Shown: piece after piece, positions 23,840 to 34,570 of the stretch
Layout of the letters: each line of letters starts with the position of its first letter
How positions within the stretch are numbered: position 1 is the first letter of the stretch
Assembly (NCBI GenBank): GCA_965214405.1
Contig: OZ243956.1
Coordinates: 1,248,001 to 1,312,000, forward strand
Length of the DNA stretch: 64,000 nucleotides
Reading direction: 5' to 3'
From: Trueperaceae bacterium
Lineage (GTDB): Bacteria; Deinococcota; Deinococci; Deinococcales; Trueperaceae
Notes under the pieces: generated by a model
The model's database searches: none
Told to the model about the DNA's origin: nothing
The model's input: only the letters and a program-made list of their open reading frames with translations
Translations under genes and position numbers: made by a program

Positions 23840-25705
23840 CTACTCCACCGTCACACTCTTGGCTAAATTACGCGGCTGGTCCACGTCGTGACCGAGGCGC
23901 TGGGCCGTCTCGAAAGCCAGAAGTTGCAGCGGCACCACGTTGACGAGCGGCGACACCAGTTCGTCGGTAGACGGCACGGTCATAACGAAGTCAGCGTGGT
24001 TATGGATTGCCTCGTCGCCTTTGTTGGCTAAAGCGATCACGACCCCGTCGCGCGCTCTCACCTCCTGCAAGTTGGATACCGTTTTGTCGTAAAGCGCGGA
24101 GGCCGTGGCGACCGCCACCACGGGCATGTTTTTGTCTATGAGCGCAATCGGGCCGTGTTTCATCTCGCCCGTGGCGTAGGCTTCGGCGTGGATGTAAGAG
24201 ATTTCCTTGAGTTTGAGCGCGCCCTCTAGGGCGGTAGGAAAGTTGATGCCCCGGCCCAAAAAGAGGTAGTCGCGGTGGTGTTTGAACCGCTCCGCGATGG
24301 CGGCTACCTCGTCGCGGTTTTCAAGCGCTTCCTCAACGAGTTTGGGTGTGCCCCGTAAGGCGCGGATGAGTTCGGCCGCTCGAGCGTCGCTTAAAACGCC
24401 GCGGCTGCGGCCCAGCCAAATACCTAAGAGTTCAAACGCGGCGACCATCGCCATGTAGGCCTTGGTACTCGCCACGCCAATCTCGGGGCCTGCGTGGATG
24501 TAGAGCACGTCGTCCGCCTCGCGGCTGATGGACGAGCCCTTGACGTTGAGGACGGCCAGGGTTTTGGCCCCCGCGCGTCTGGCCTCGCGCAGGGCCTCGA
24601 GCGTGTCAATCGTCTCCCCCGACTGCGACACCACCACGCAGAGGGTGCGGGCGTCCAGCACGGGCTCGCGGTAGCGGAACTCGGAGGCCACCTCGACCTC
24701 GACGGGGAGGCGCGCCAAACGCTCGATTAAGTATTCCCCGACCAGCCCCGCGTAAAAGGCCGTCCCGGCGGCGGTTATCACCACGCGGTCGATGGCGGTG
24801 GGCTCGAGCGAGAGGTCCAATGCTACGTCCGTCCCGTTGCCCGCGAAGCGGCCCCCAAAGGTGTTTTGCAAAACGGTGGGCTGTTCGTAGATTTCTTTGA
24901 GCATGTAGTGCGAGTAGCCGCCCTTTTCGGCCCCCTCGGCGTCCCAGTCGATGCTTGCGACCTCGCGCTTCCGCGGCGCGCCCGCAAAGTCGGTCACGCT
25001 CACGCCCTCTTTGGTAAGGAGCGCCACGTCGCCGTCGTGTAAGAAAACGACCTCGCGGGTGTAGGGCAAAAGCGCGGGCACGTCGCTGGCGACAAAGGTT
25101 TCACCCTGCCCGAGCCCGACGACCATCGGGCTCGTCGCGCGCGCCGCCACGATGAGGTCGTGCTCGGCGTGCGACACAACCACCGCGAACGCGCCCGTCA
25201 CCTCACGCAAGGCCGCGCGCACCGCTTCGGCCAAATCCGCTATACCGCCAGCTTCCCCCGCCCTGGCCTCGTAACAGTCCTCGATAAGATGCACCATCAC
25301 CTCGGTGTCGGTGTCGGACGAGAAGGTGTGACCGCGCGCCAGCAGCCGCTCTTTAAGCGCGAGGTAATTTTCGATGATGCCGTTGTGGATGACCGCCAGC
25401 TTGCCGTCTTCGGACAAGTGCGGGTGTGCGTTGGTGTCGTTCGGTTTGCCGTGGGTGGCCCAGCGGGTGTGACCCAGCCCGAGCGTGCCGCGTGGCGGGT
25501 TCGCCTCGACCGCATTTTTTAGATTCACAAGCTTGCCCGCCCTTTTGATGAGGTTGAGGGACGCTTGCCCCGCTTTTCCGTCAGCGCCCCCCGGCGAGAC
25601 GACCACCCCCGCCGAGTCGTAGCCGCGGTACTCGAGCCTCCTGAGCCCGTCCAAAATCACGTCCGTCGCCTGCCGGTGTCCTACATAACCCACAATGCCA
25701 CACAT
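23840..25705 (-). CDS. glmS: Glutamine-fructose-6-phosphate aminotransferase
   Basis: MCGIVG, EYRGYDSAG, GHTRWATHG, SQSGET, PRNLAKSVTVE. Confidence 0.98.
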   Translation of the reverse strand: MCGIVGYVGHRQATDVILDGLRRLEYRGYDSAGVVVSPGGADGKAGQASLNLIKRAGKLVNLKNAVEANPPRGTLGLGHTRWATHGKPNDTNAHPHLSEDGKLAVIHNGIIENYLALKERLLARGHTFSSDTDTEVMVHLIEDCYEARAGEAGGIADLAEAVRAALREVTGAFAVVVSHAEHDLIVAARATSPMVVGLGQGETFVASDVPALLPYTREVVFLHDGDVALLTKEGVSVTDFAGAPRKREVASIDWDAEGAEKGGYSHYMLKEIYEQPTVLQNTFGGRFAGNGTDVALDLSLEPTAIDRVVITAAGTAFYAGLVGEYLIERLARLPVEVEVASEFRYREPVLDARTLCVVVSQSGETIDTLEALREARRAGAKTLAVLNVKGSSISREADDVLYIHAGPEIGVASTKAYMAMVAAFELLGIWLGRSRGVLSDARAAELIRALRGTPKLVEEALENRDEVAAIAERFKHHRDYLFLGRGINFPTALEGALKLKEISYIHAEAYATGEMKHGPIALIDKNMPVVAVATASALYDKTVSNLQEVRARDGVVIALANKGDEAIHNHADFVMTVPSTDELVSPLVNVVPLQLLAFETAQRLGHDVDQPRNLAKSVTVE

Positions 25706-26073
25706 AAAATTCCCTTTCGCGTTTGGGTAGCGCTGTGGTGCGTTCTTATCACAGCGCTACGACCCGCCTTGGTTGGCGTCAAAACTTTTGTGCTGTTTTT
25801 GGTATTTCGTATGTGTGGGGGGTAAGCCCGGTGAACCTTTACTATGGCTCGAGTGAGAGGTTCAGTCTCAGGAGGGGCCCGCAGACTTGTGCGCCTTATT
25901 TCTGCCAACCAGGACGCGCTCGCATTTTCCGCTCGTTAAAGAGCGTTATCTCCGGGGCGATGCCCGGAGCCCTCCGCCTCGTCACCTCAATGCGTTAGTT
26001 TGCCCGCAGTCCAGAAACTGCCAACGACCCATCACGCATCCAGGGCTTGCGCTTTCTCGAGAATATTCTTTCC

Positions 26074-26622
26074 CTAGCCTCCCTCTCGGCTTTGCTGCTG
26101 ACTTTCCCAGGGTCTGCCGACGACGAAAAAGCCGTGGAGACGCGCCAGCACGCTGCGCTGCTCCGGAGGGACGAGTCCCTGGCGCTCGAGCAGCGGATAG
26201 AGCAAGATATCACGACCAAGTTCGCCAAAGGTAGAATGTGCCACCGCCGCGCCGCCCAGAGGAAGCGTGCGCGGCGGATAAACGATGCGGTTGTTGAGGT
26301 CGCGCCCGATAGGGAGCGCCGTAACGAGGGCTAAAACCAGGGTAAGGCTGAGTAAAAAGCCGCCCAGCCCCCCCAAGAGAGAACCCGTAACGTTCCCGAG
26401 ATACCATTTATGCCCGTAAAAGCGCAGCACGAAACCGAGCCCGAGTCCCAAGAGAAGCGCGAGCACGAGCGCAACGGGCGCACTTATTTGAGCGAGGAGC
26501 AAAAGGGGCCTGAACAAGAGTACGCCCCCAAAACCGATGACCAAACCCGGCAGCCTGCGCTGCGCCGCGAGCGCGGTTACGGCGGCGATGATGAGGATAA
26601 AAATGAGGTCGACCCAGTTCAT
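26074..26622 (-). CDS. Membrane protein, CvpA-like
   Basis: MNWVDLIFILII..; 4 TM; LLGGLGG; AGGAG RBS. Confidence 0.65.
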   Translation of the reverse strand: MNWVDLIFILIIAAVTALAAQRRLPGLVIGFGGVLLFRPLLLLAQISAPVALVLALLLGLGLGFVLRFYGHKWYLGNVTGSLLGGLGGFLLSLTLVLALVTALPIGRDLNNRIVYPPRTLPLGGAAVAHSTFGELGRDILLYPLLERQGLVPPEQRSVLARLHGFFVVGRPWESQQQSREGG

Positions 26623-26689
26623 GGTGCTCCTAATTCATGGTGCTCCTACGGATGCGTCCGGGCGTCTTTCCGGAGGCTTTGCGCCTCCC

Positions 26690-29062
26690 TTAGCGGTCGC
26701 GGATAGTGTAGCCCGCACCCTTGAACGCGGCGATAACATTCCTCATAAAGCCGTCCACCTCCTCGTCGCGGAGCGCCCGCTCGGGGTGCCTGAAGCGGAG
26801 CCGCAGGGCGACGCTGCGCTCTCCCGCGGGTACGGGCGCGCCCTCGTAGATATCAAAAGGCGTCACGGTTTCTAAGCGTTTGCCGCCAGCGGCGCGGGCG
26901 GTTTCTGAGAGCGCCGCGTACGTCACGCGTTTGGGCGCGACGACGGCCAAGTCCCTTTCGGCGTAAGGTTGACGCGCGTAGTCCTGGAAAGCGATTCTTT
27001 CCGCCGCCAAGGGCAAACGCAACTCAGCCAGATAGGTCTCAGGCAACTCGAACGCTGCGGCCACGGCGGGATGCAAGCGGCCCGCCCAGCCGACGGGCTC
27101 CCCCGCCCACAGCACCGTCGCGCTTACGCCGGGGTGTAGGGGGGGGTGGGAGTGGGGGAGGAGCTTTACCTCAACACCCAACGTCGCCGCGAGACCTTCT
27201 AGTTCACCCTTGAACGCGTAAAAGTCGAGGGGCTGAGCCGCTTGCCAGCCGCCGCCCCCACGCGGCCCACGCGCGATGAGCCCCAAGCGCTCCTCTTCTT
27301 GCGCGCCAAACACCCGGCCGATTTCGAACAGCGCCAGCCGCTCCGCCGCGCGGTTTGCCGCCGCGGCACCTAAGAGGCCCGGATAGAGCGCGGTACGAAG
27401 CACGCTCCGCTCGGCGCTCGGCGGGCTCTCGAGCCGCACCGCCGCCCCCGGCGCGCGGGCACGCCCCAACTGCTCATCGCTGGTAAACACGTAGGTGATG
27501 GTTTCCTGCCAGCCCATCCCCGCGAGCAGGTTGCGCAGCCCGCGGTGGGTCGCGTCCGTAGGCGGGGGGACGAAGTGCATCGCCGGGACCGTGACGGGGA
27601 TGTGGTCGTAGCCGTACATGCGCGACACTTCTTCGATTAAATCTTCCTCAAAAGCGAGGTCGAAGCGCCAACTGGGCACCGTCACGCGCCAGTCGTCTTC
27701 TCCTGTGCGCTCGAGTTGGCAGCCCAGAGCTTCCAAATAACACGCCTGCATCTCCGAGGGAACGTCCATCGCCATAAGAAGCGCGACGCGTGAGGGGTGA
27801 AACGCGATTTTTTTAAGAGGCGCGTCGCCACCCACTTCCGTTATGCCCGGATGCACGCGGCCCCCCGCAAGCGCCGCGATGAGGTGCGCGGCCCTTGCCG
27901 AGGCTTTAGGCGGCAGGTTGGGGTCCACCCCGCGCTCGTAGCGGTAGCTCGCGTCGGTGCTCTGGCCGAGTCTTTTGGCGGTTTTGCGGATGGTGACGGG
28001 GTCGAAATGGGCAACCTCTAAAGCCACGCTTTTGGTCGCGGGGTTCACGCTGTGGTGGAGCCCGCCAATCACGCCCGCCACGCCGATGGGCCTGGTTTCA
28101 TTGTTGTTTTCACCTTTGGCGTCTCCCTCAGCATCGCGCGGCATGGTGATGAGGAGGTCGTCGCTGCCAAACGTCAGCTCTTCTTCGTTAAGGGCCGCCA
28201 GCGTCTCGCCCGCGCGCGCGCGGCGTACGACGATGGTGTGCTTGTTGAGCCCGTCTAAGTCGTAGGCGTGCGAGGGCTGACCCAATTCATAGGTGACGTA
28301 GTTGGTCACGTCCACGACGTTGTTGCGCGGTCTCAAGCCAAGCGCCGCCAACCGGCGGAGGAGCCACACGGGGCTCGGGCCGACCGTCACGCCCTCGAGG
28401 CGCTGAAGCGTAAAGCGCGGGCAGGCCGCCTCGTCCCAAACCTCCACCGTCAACCCATCGTCAAGTGCGGGGTCGGCGAGGGGCGCGTCCGCCGCGGGAT
28501 GTTTATAGGGCACACCCAGCTTTGCGGCCAGGTCGCGGGCCACGCCGAGGATTGAAAAGGCGTCGGCGCGGTTGGGGGTGATTTCCAACTCCAACACCAC
28601 CTCCTCTGGCCACAAGTCTTGAAGTTCCGCGCCCAAAGCTGCGTCCGCGCCAAACGCGATGAGCCCGCCCGCGTAGTCGTAGAGCCCGAGTTCTCTGGGG
28701 GAACAAAGCACGCCGTTACTCTCGACGCCCATAAAGTCGCGTTTCGTCACGTGCAGCCCCACCGCCGGAAGCTCCGCGCCGGGTTTGGCGAGCGCGGTAC
28801 GCATCCCCACCCTGGTGTTGGGTGCGCCCGTAACCACGCTGGTCGTTTCGCGCCCGTCCGTCACCACCGCGCGCAGAAGATGCTCGGAACCATCTATGGG
28901 CGAGACTTCTATAACTTCCACCACAACCACGCCGGGCGGCGCGGCGGGCAGGGTCTCCACCCCCTCCACCCCCAGCCCGATGTCCGCCAGCAACTCGGCG
29001 GTTTCGGCAACGGGCGGCAGGTCGGGCAGGAGTTCGTTGAGCCAACCGTAAGGAACTTTCAC
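26690..29062 (-). CDS. pheT: Phenylalanine-tRNA ligase beta subunit
   Basis: Start GTG KVPYGWL; EITPNRAD, NNVVDVTNY, YERGVD, C-terminal FDX-ACB domain. Confidence 0.96.
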   Translation of the reverse strand: MKVPYGWLNELLPDLPPVAETAELLADIGLGVEGVETLPAAPPGVVVVEVIEVSPIDGSEHLLRAVVTDGRETTSVVTGAPNTRVGMRTALAKPGAELPAVGLHVTKRDFMGVESNGVLCSPRELGLYDYAGGLIAFGADAALGAELQDLWPEEVVLELEITPNRADAFSILGVARDLAAKLGVPYKHPAADAPLADPALDDGLTVEVWDEAACPRFTLQRLEGVTVGPSPVWLLRRLAALGLRPRNNVVDVTNYVTYELGQPSHAYDLDGLNKHTIVVRRARAGETLAALNEEELTFGSDDLLITMPRDAEGDAKGENNNETRPIGVAGVIGGLHHSVNPATKSVALEVAHFDPVTIRKTAKRLGQSTDASYRYERGVDPNLPPKASARAAHLIAALAGGRVHPGITEVGGDAPLKKIAFHPSRVALLMAMDVPSEMQACYLEALGCQLERTGEDDWRVTVPSWRFDLAFEEDLIEEVSRMYGYDHIPVTVPAMHFVPPPTDATHRGLRNLLAGMGWQETITYVFTSDEQLGRARAPGAAVRLESPPSAERSVLRTALYPGLLGAAAANRAAERLALFEIGRVFGAQEEERLGLIARGPRGGGGWQAAQPLDFYAFKGELEGLAATLGVEVKLLPHSHPPLHPGVSATVLWAGEPVGWAGRLHPAVAAAFELPETYLAELRLPLAAERIAFQDYARQPYAERDLAVVAPKRVTYAALSETARAAGGKRLETVTPFDIYEGAPVPAGERSVALRLRFRHPERALRDEEVDGFMRNVIAAFKGAGYTIRDR

Positions 29063-29141
29063 CGGAGACCTCTTAGATAAGAGCTTGAGTAAGAACTTAG
29101 GTGAAAAATGCTCATGTGGATTAAACCGCCTCGTCTCGCCT

Positions 29142-30221
<1,080 letters not shown>

Positions 30222-30254
30222 CTAGTAAGTAAAGGGCGAAGCTAGGCGCTTCAT
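30222..30254 (-). CDS. Putative leaderless leader peptide MKRLASPFTY
   Basis: ATG lies 6 nt after the -10; Phe and Tyr codons before TAG; followed by a hairpin and terminator. Confidence 0.6.
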   Translation of the reverse strand: MKRLASPFTY

Positions 30255-30260
30255 ACGGAG

Positions 30261-30289
30261 ATTGTAGCCCGCGCCCCGCCCTCTGTCAA
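30261..30289 (-). promoter_or_regulatory. Sigma70 promoter of pheST
   Basis: TTGACA, 17 bp, TACAAT on the minus strand. Confidence 0.85.
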
Positions 30290-30556
30290 TCCAGACCGTC
30301 AACTCCGCTAGTACCAGGCCAATTTGGATATGTACAGCGCGAGAACGCCCACAAAGCACATAAAGCTGTCGTTGGATAAAACAAGTTCTTGAATACAAAC
30401 GAGTATGCAGTGTGAACTCGAGCCCTCACGCGCGTCAGGGACAGCTTAAGAGAGGCCCTGTGAAGTTGTGTACAAAAGTTGTGATATACAGCCAAGCTTT
30501 TCATCTTCCATCGGCTAAGCTAGGGGTCTCTTAGGGGACAGGGGGAAAGGAGCATC

Positions 30557-30862
30557 ATGAACGGAAAACGTTATATCGTCGAACTCGCGTCCGAGGCGCA
30601 GCTCTCCAGGGTGCCGCTCGAGCAGCTCGAGCTCGCCACCCGCGTGATGGGCGAGAGCGGAGCTTACCTGCTCGTCTACCGGGACAATTTCGTCGCTTAC
30701 AAAGTCGCCTCTATGGCGGGAGGTCGCGTTGTCACGGGTTACGCCGTGAGCGCTCAGGACGTTCAGGTCAAGGGTCACAAGGTGCCGCGCCTGGATAACG
30801 GCCTGTTTTTGCGGCTCGAGCCGTCTTTGGTAGGCGAAACGCGCGGGATTGTTTCCGCGTAG
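30557..30862 (+). CDS. Hypothetical protein
   Basis: AAGGAG RBS, host-like codon usage, followed by a terminator. Confidence 0.75.
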   Translation: MNGKRYIVELASEAQLSRVPLEQLELATRVMGESGAYLLVYRDNFVAYKVASMAGGRVVTGYAVSAQDVQVKGHKVPRLDNGLFLRLEPSLVGETRGIVSA

Positions 30863-30894
30863 ATTCCTGTGTAAAGGGACGGTGCAGCGTGTTA

Positions 30895-30921
30895 GGGAGA
30901 GGGTCAACCTCTCCCTTTTTT
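30895..30921 (+). terminator. Intrinsic terminator
   Basis: GGGAGAGG-GTCAA-CCTCTCCC-TTTTTT. Confidence 0.8.
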
Positions 30922-30939
30922 GTTTTGACGATGCGCGGC

Positions 30940-31500
30940 TCAGGGCGTCTCACCAGAAAATACGTCGCAGAACCAGCGCCCGCCGTAGGGCAGGGCGTCG
31001 TAAAAGAGATCTCTTAAGACCTTCGCGTCACCCCATGCACGGGCCGCCTCTTCGCTCTCAAAAGGTCCCACCATCACGCTTAGCGGCGCGCGCCACGCGT
31101 CAGGTGGGGTAGGAAGCCCGAACTCGCGGCGCGTTCCTCTAGAATCACTCACCACGCGGTAGTAGGCGAACACCTCGCGGAACTCGGGGCGCTGGATAGT
31201 CTTTTCGAACGCGTCGTCCAACGTTTTCAAGTCGTCGTCTTCCAAGGGCGGAAACGCGAGCAGGCCCAGCGTTCCGTTCCCGTCGGGGGGCAGATCGAAC
31301 GCCTGGTGGTCGGGAAAATGCGTGAACAGCGTGTCTCCCGCCGCGCCCAGCAGGGGGGGCGACACCCTCAGCAGGTGCTGCGCGTTAAGCATGGCGTAGG
31401 CGGTCGGGTCGTCATACTTAAGCGCTTCTAGGTCTATACCCGCTGCTTCTGCGCGTTTCTTTACGACCTCGCTCGGGGAGTGTTTGGAAGCGTCTATCAT
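30940..31500 (-). CDS. Hypothetical protein
   Basis: 186-aa ORF with host-like codon usage. Confidence 0.7.
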   Translation of the reverse strand: MIDASKHSPSEVVKKRAEAAGIDLEALKYDDPTAYAMLNAQHLLRVSPPLLGAAGDTLFTHFPDHQAFDLPPDGNGTLGLLAFPPLEDDDLKTLDDAFEKTIQRPEFREVFAYYRVVSDSRGTRREFGLPTPPDAWRAPLSVMVGPFESEEAARAWGDAKVLRDLFYDALPYGGRWFCDVFSGETP

Positions 31501-31818
31501 AGGAGAGTCTACCGCGTGAAGTTTTTGAGGGTGGTTCTTAAAAGTTGGTCAGGGGCTCGAGGGGGCTTGTTTAGCTCGAGGGGTAACGTCTACCCGTACA
31601 AAACCGCCAATGGCGCTATAGCGCTTTTTTATCCGCACGGCACCTATAGGCGCAGCCATCATCTCCCTAACTACGTGCTGCACGCCAACTTGTACACGAA
31701 GCCTCTCCAACCAAGGGACGCTCGACTACCTGAAGATGAAGGTACGGTGACGCAAGCTGTAACTTCTTAACACCTCTTCAAAATTCTTTCTGTTAGGCTC
31801 ACGCATGAAGGGAGTTTT

Positions 31819-32892
31819 ATGAAACTTTGGCAGCACATCCTATCCAAAACCCTCCTGAGTATGGTCGCGGTGGCCGCGGTGGCAACAGCCAGCGCCCAAG
31901 GCAATGAAGACAATGTAGTCATCAGCCCGCAGTCGATTGTCGTCAACCCCTCACCCTCTTTTGACGTGCAGGTATTCACCGACAAAGACACCTCGGGGGA
32001 CGCCGCGCCCGTCTACAACATCGGCGAGAGCATCCGCGTCGGCGTGACGGTCTCCGAAGACGCTTACGTCTACCTTTTTAGCGTTCACTCGGACGGGACC
32101 ATCGACCAGATTCTGCCCAACAACCTGACCGGCGGCAGCGACACCTTGGTGAGGGCGGGCTCTACGCGTTACTTCCCGCCCCAGGACGCCCGCTACACCT
32201 TTGACGTGGCGGGGCCGCAGGGTCTGGATAAAGTTATCGCGGTGGCGAGCAGAAACCCGCTGGACTTAAGTACGCTAAGAGGCTTTTCGCGGTCGGGCGA
32301 CTTTTCCACCAGCTCTCAGGGTGAGGACTCGTTCGCGCAAACTTTGTCCATCGTGGTGAGTCCCATCGCGCAAGAAGATTGGGTCACGGACACCGCCCTG
32401 TTTTACGTAGGCACGCGGCCCAGCACCCCGGCCTACGGCACCATCAGCATCACGTCTAACCCGAGTAGCGCGGCGGCGTACGTGGACGGCTCGTTCGTCG
32501 GGTATACGCCGGTGCGTTTCGGCACCCGCACGGGGCAGCATACGGTCAGGGTCGAGCGTAGCGGCTATCAAAATTTCGAGACCACCGTCAGCCTTAGCGG
32601 CAGCGCCGTCAGTGTGGACGCCGCGCTTAGCGGGACGCAACCCCAACCCACCCAACCCACGGGGTCGGGCGCGGTTTTCATCCAGTCCAACGTCGGCGGG
32701 GCCGAAGTGTTTATCGACGGCACCTTTGTCGGCAACATCGCCAGCGGCAGCGGGCAGTTGCGGGTCAACGGCGTCGCCCCCGGCAGCCACACGCTCCGCA
32801 TCACCGCGCCGGGCTTTTCGACGGTCGAGAGGACGTTCAACGTCGCCTCGGGCCAAACCACGCGCATCGACACGGCGCAGAGGCAGCAGTAG
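31819..32892 (+). CDS. Secreted DUF4384 + PEGA domain (S-layer-associated) protein
   Basis: Signal peptide, ISPQSIVVNP, YVYLF..QILPN, two PEGA repeats (SNP..A.YVDG..GYTP). Confidence 0.85.
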   Translation: MKLWQHILSKTLLSMVAVAAVATASAQGNEDNVVISPQSIVVNPSPSFDVQVFTDKDTSGDAAPVYNIGESIRVGVTVSEDAYVYLFSVHSDGTIDQILPNNLTGGSDTLVRAGSTRYFPPQDARYTFDVAGPQGLDKVIAVASRNPLDLSTLRGFSRSGDFSTSSQGEDSFAQTLSIVVSPIAQEDWVTDTALFYVGTRPSTPAYGTISITSNPSSAAAYVDGSFVGYTPVRFGTRTGQHTVRVERSGYQNFETTVSLSGSAVSVDAALSGTQPQPTQPTGSGAVFIQSNVGGAEVFIDGTFVGNIASGSGQLRVNGVAPGSHTLRITAPGFSTVERTFNVASGQTTRIDTAQRQQ

Positions 32893-32979
32893 GGAAGTAA
32901 AGCTTTTGGCTCGAGCTTTCTTGGCCCGGACCCTTTGAAATCTAAACTTCACACGTCGCTTACGAGGAGGTGAAGGCGG

Positions 32980-34131
32980 TCAGTAAAATACCGCCAGCGC
33001 CTCCTCAAATTTTTCGGGCAGGCCCGGCGCGTCCAAGATCTCCCCCAGCGCCGCCATCAAAAGAAGATAATGTTCGGGCCGCGCGTTCTCGCCCATGAGT
33101 CCCAAGCGCCACAGCTTGCCCGCGGTCGCGCCAAGGCCGCCCGTGACGCTGATGTGGTGGTCATGCCTGAGCGCGTGGCGCACGCGCGCGTCGTCGAGAC
33201 CCGGCGGGAGCGTGACCGCCAGAACGGTCGGCAGGCGGTAAAGCGCGGGCACCGCGGGAGAGAAACCCACCGTTGCCAGGGCTCTCAAAGCCGCCTCACC
33301 GACCAGGGCTACCCGCGCGGTGCGGGCTTCAATACCCTCTTCCAACGCCGCCCGGATTGCCTCGCCCACAGCCCAATGGAGGTTGACGGGCACGGTGTGG
33401 TGGTACTTGCGCCCCGCCTCGCCGGGCTCCCAATAGTCTCTCATGCCCGAGACGTCGGCGTACCAGGTGGTGACGGGTTTTTTACGCGCGGCGACCCTCG
33501 AGAGCGCTCGAGCACTGAACGCTACCGGCGCGAGCCCCGGCGGGGCCGACAAGCATTTTTGTGAGCCCGTGTAGGCGTAGTCCACGCCCCAGGCGGCCAT
33601 GTCAAACTCGAGCATCCCCACCGTCGTCACCGCGTCCACGGCGTGGAGCGCGCCCACCTCGCGCGCGATCTCGCCGACCTCCTGAACGGGATTCAAAACC
33701 CCGGTACTCGTCTCGCCGTGAATCATTGCGATGAGGTGAGGGCGGACGCGCTGGGCGGCCTCGCGCACCACGCCCACGTCCACAGGGGACATGGCGGGAA
33801 AGCGGACCGGCGTCACCTCCGCGCCGAGCCGCGTCGCCATCTCGATTTTGCGCTCGCCGAAGACGCCGTTGGACACGACCAGGATGCGGTCGCCGGGCTC
33901 GAGCAAATTCGCCAGGCCCGCCTCCATCCCCAAGGAGCCCGTGCCCGACAAGAGCGCGGTAAAGCTTCCCGGTGCCGTCTTGTAAAGCGCGTGCAAGTCC
34001 GCGACGACGCGGTCGTTGTAGGCGAAGACCTCCGGGTCCATGTGACCGCGCATGGGCCAGGCCAAGGCCGCCGCCGCGCGCGGGTGCAGGGGCGTCGGGC
34101 CGGGGGTAAGGAGGAGAACAGGTTCGAACAT
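32980..34131 (-). CDS. Class V PLP aminotransferase (alanine-glyoxylate / serine-pyruvate)
   Basis: [33 protein letters not shown]. Confidence 0.9.
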   Translation of the reverse strand: MFEPVLLLTPGPTPLHPRAAAALAWPMRGHMDPEVFAYNDRVVADLHALYKTAPGSFTALLSGTGSLGMEAGLANLLEPGDRILVVSNGVFGERKIEMATRLGAEVTPVRFPAMSPVDVGVVREAAQRVRPHLIAMIHGETSTGVLNPVQEVGEIAREVGALHAVDAVTTVGMLEFDMAAWGVDYAYTGSQKCLSAPPGLAPVAFSARALSRVAARKKPVTTWYADVSGMRDYWEPGEAGRKYHHTVPVNLHWAVGEAIRAALEEGIEARTARVALVGEAALRALATVGFSPAVPALYRLPTVLAVTLPPGLDDARVRHALRHDHHISVTGGLGATAGKLWRLGLMGENARPEHYLLLMAALGEILDAPGLPEKFEEALAVFY

Positions 34132-34570
34132 CGCGCACATCCTTTGTTGTCTTTGTCGTTGCTCGCTATAAATTCGCTATAAAGAGGCAAGACGAAATTC
34201 AGCGGGATGAAACTAAGTCAGGCCAAAAGAAAATGACCGCGCCCGTGGGCGGGTCAGACACCAGGCGGCACACAAAAGCGCACCGCTCGTTAAGAAGCTC
34301 GTCCTCGCATCGCTCCGAAGTCTAACCGAGAGAGCGGAACGTGTAAAGTCTGATGCGTCACAAGCCAGACTTTTGTCGTCTGAGTGAGCCTCTTAACATT
34401 CAAAAAGTACCGAGGACCCAGTCACGAGTACCGGGGCCTGAGCATACTTCGGACTCAGTCCTTTTGCTTTTGTTTAGAGCAGGTGAGTTTGATCAGAGGG
34501 CGGAGCACGAAGGGCGCCAAATGGCAAATGACACCTCTCTCCCGCGCAGGTAAGAGGGTATGATTCCGGG

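Noticed and set aside
34140..34570. Riboswitch (glycine, c-di-AMP, Na+) between the aminotransferase and CCC genes
   Set aside because: I could not find the conserved core motifs on either strand.
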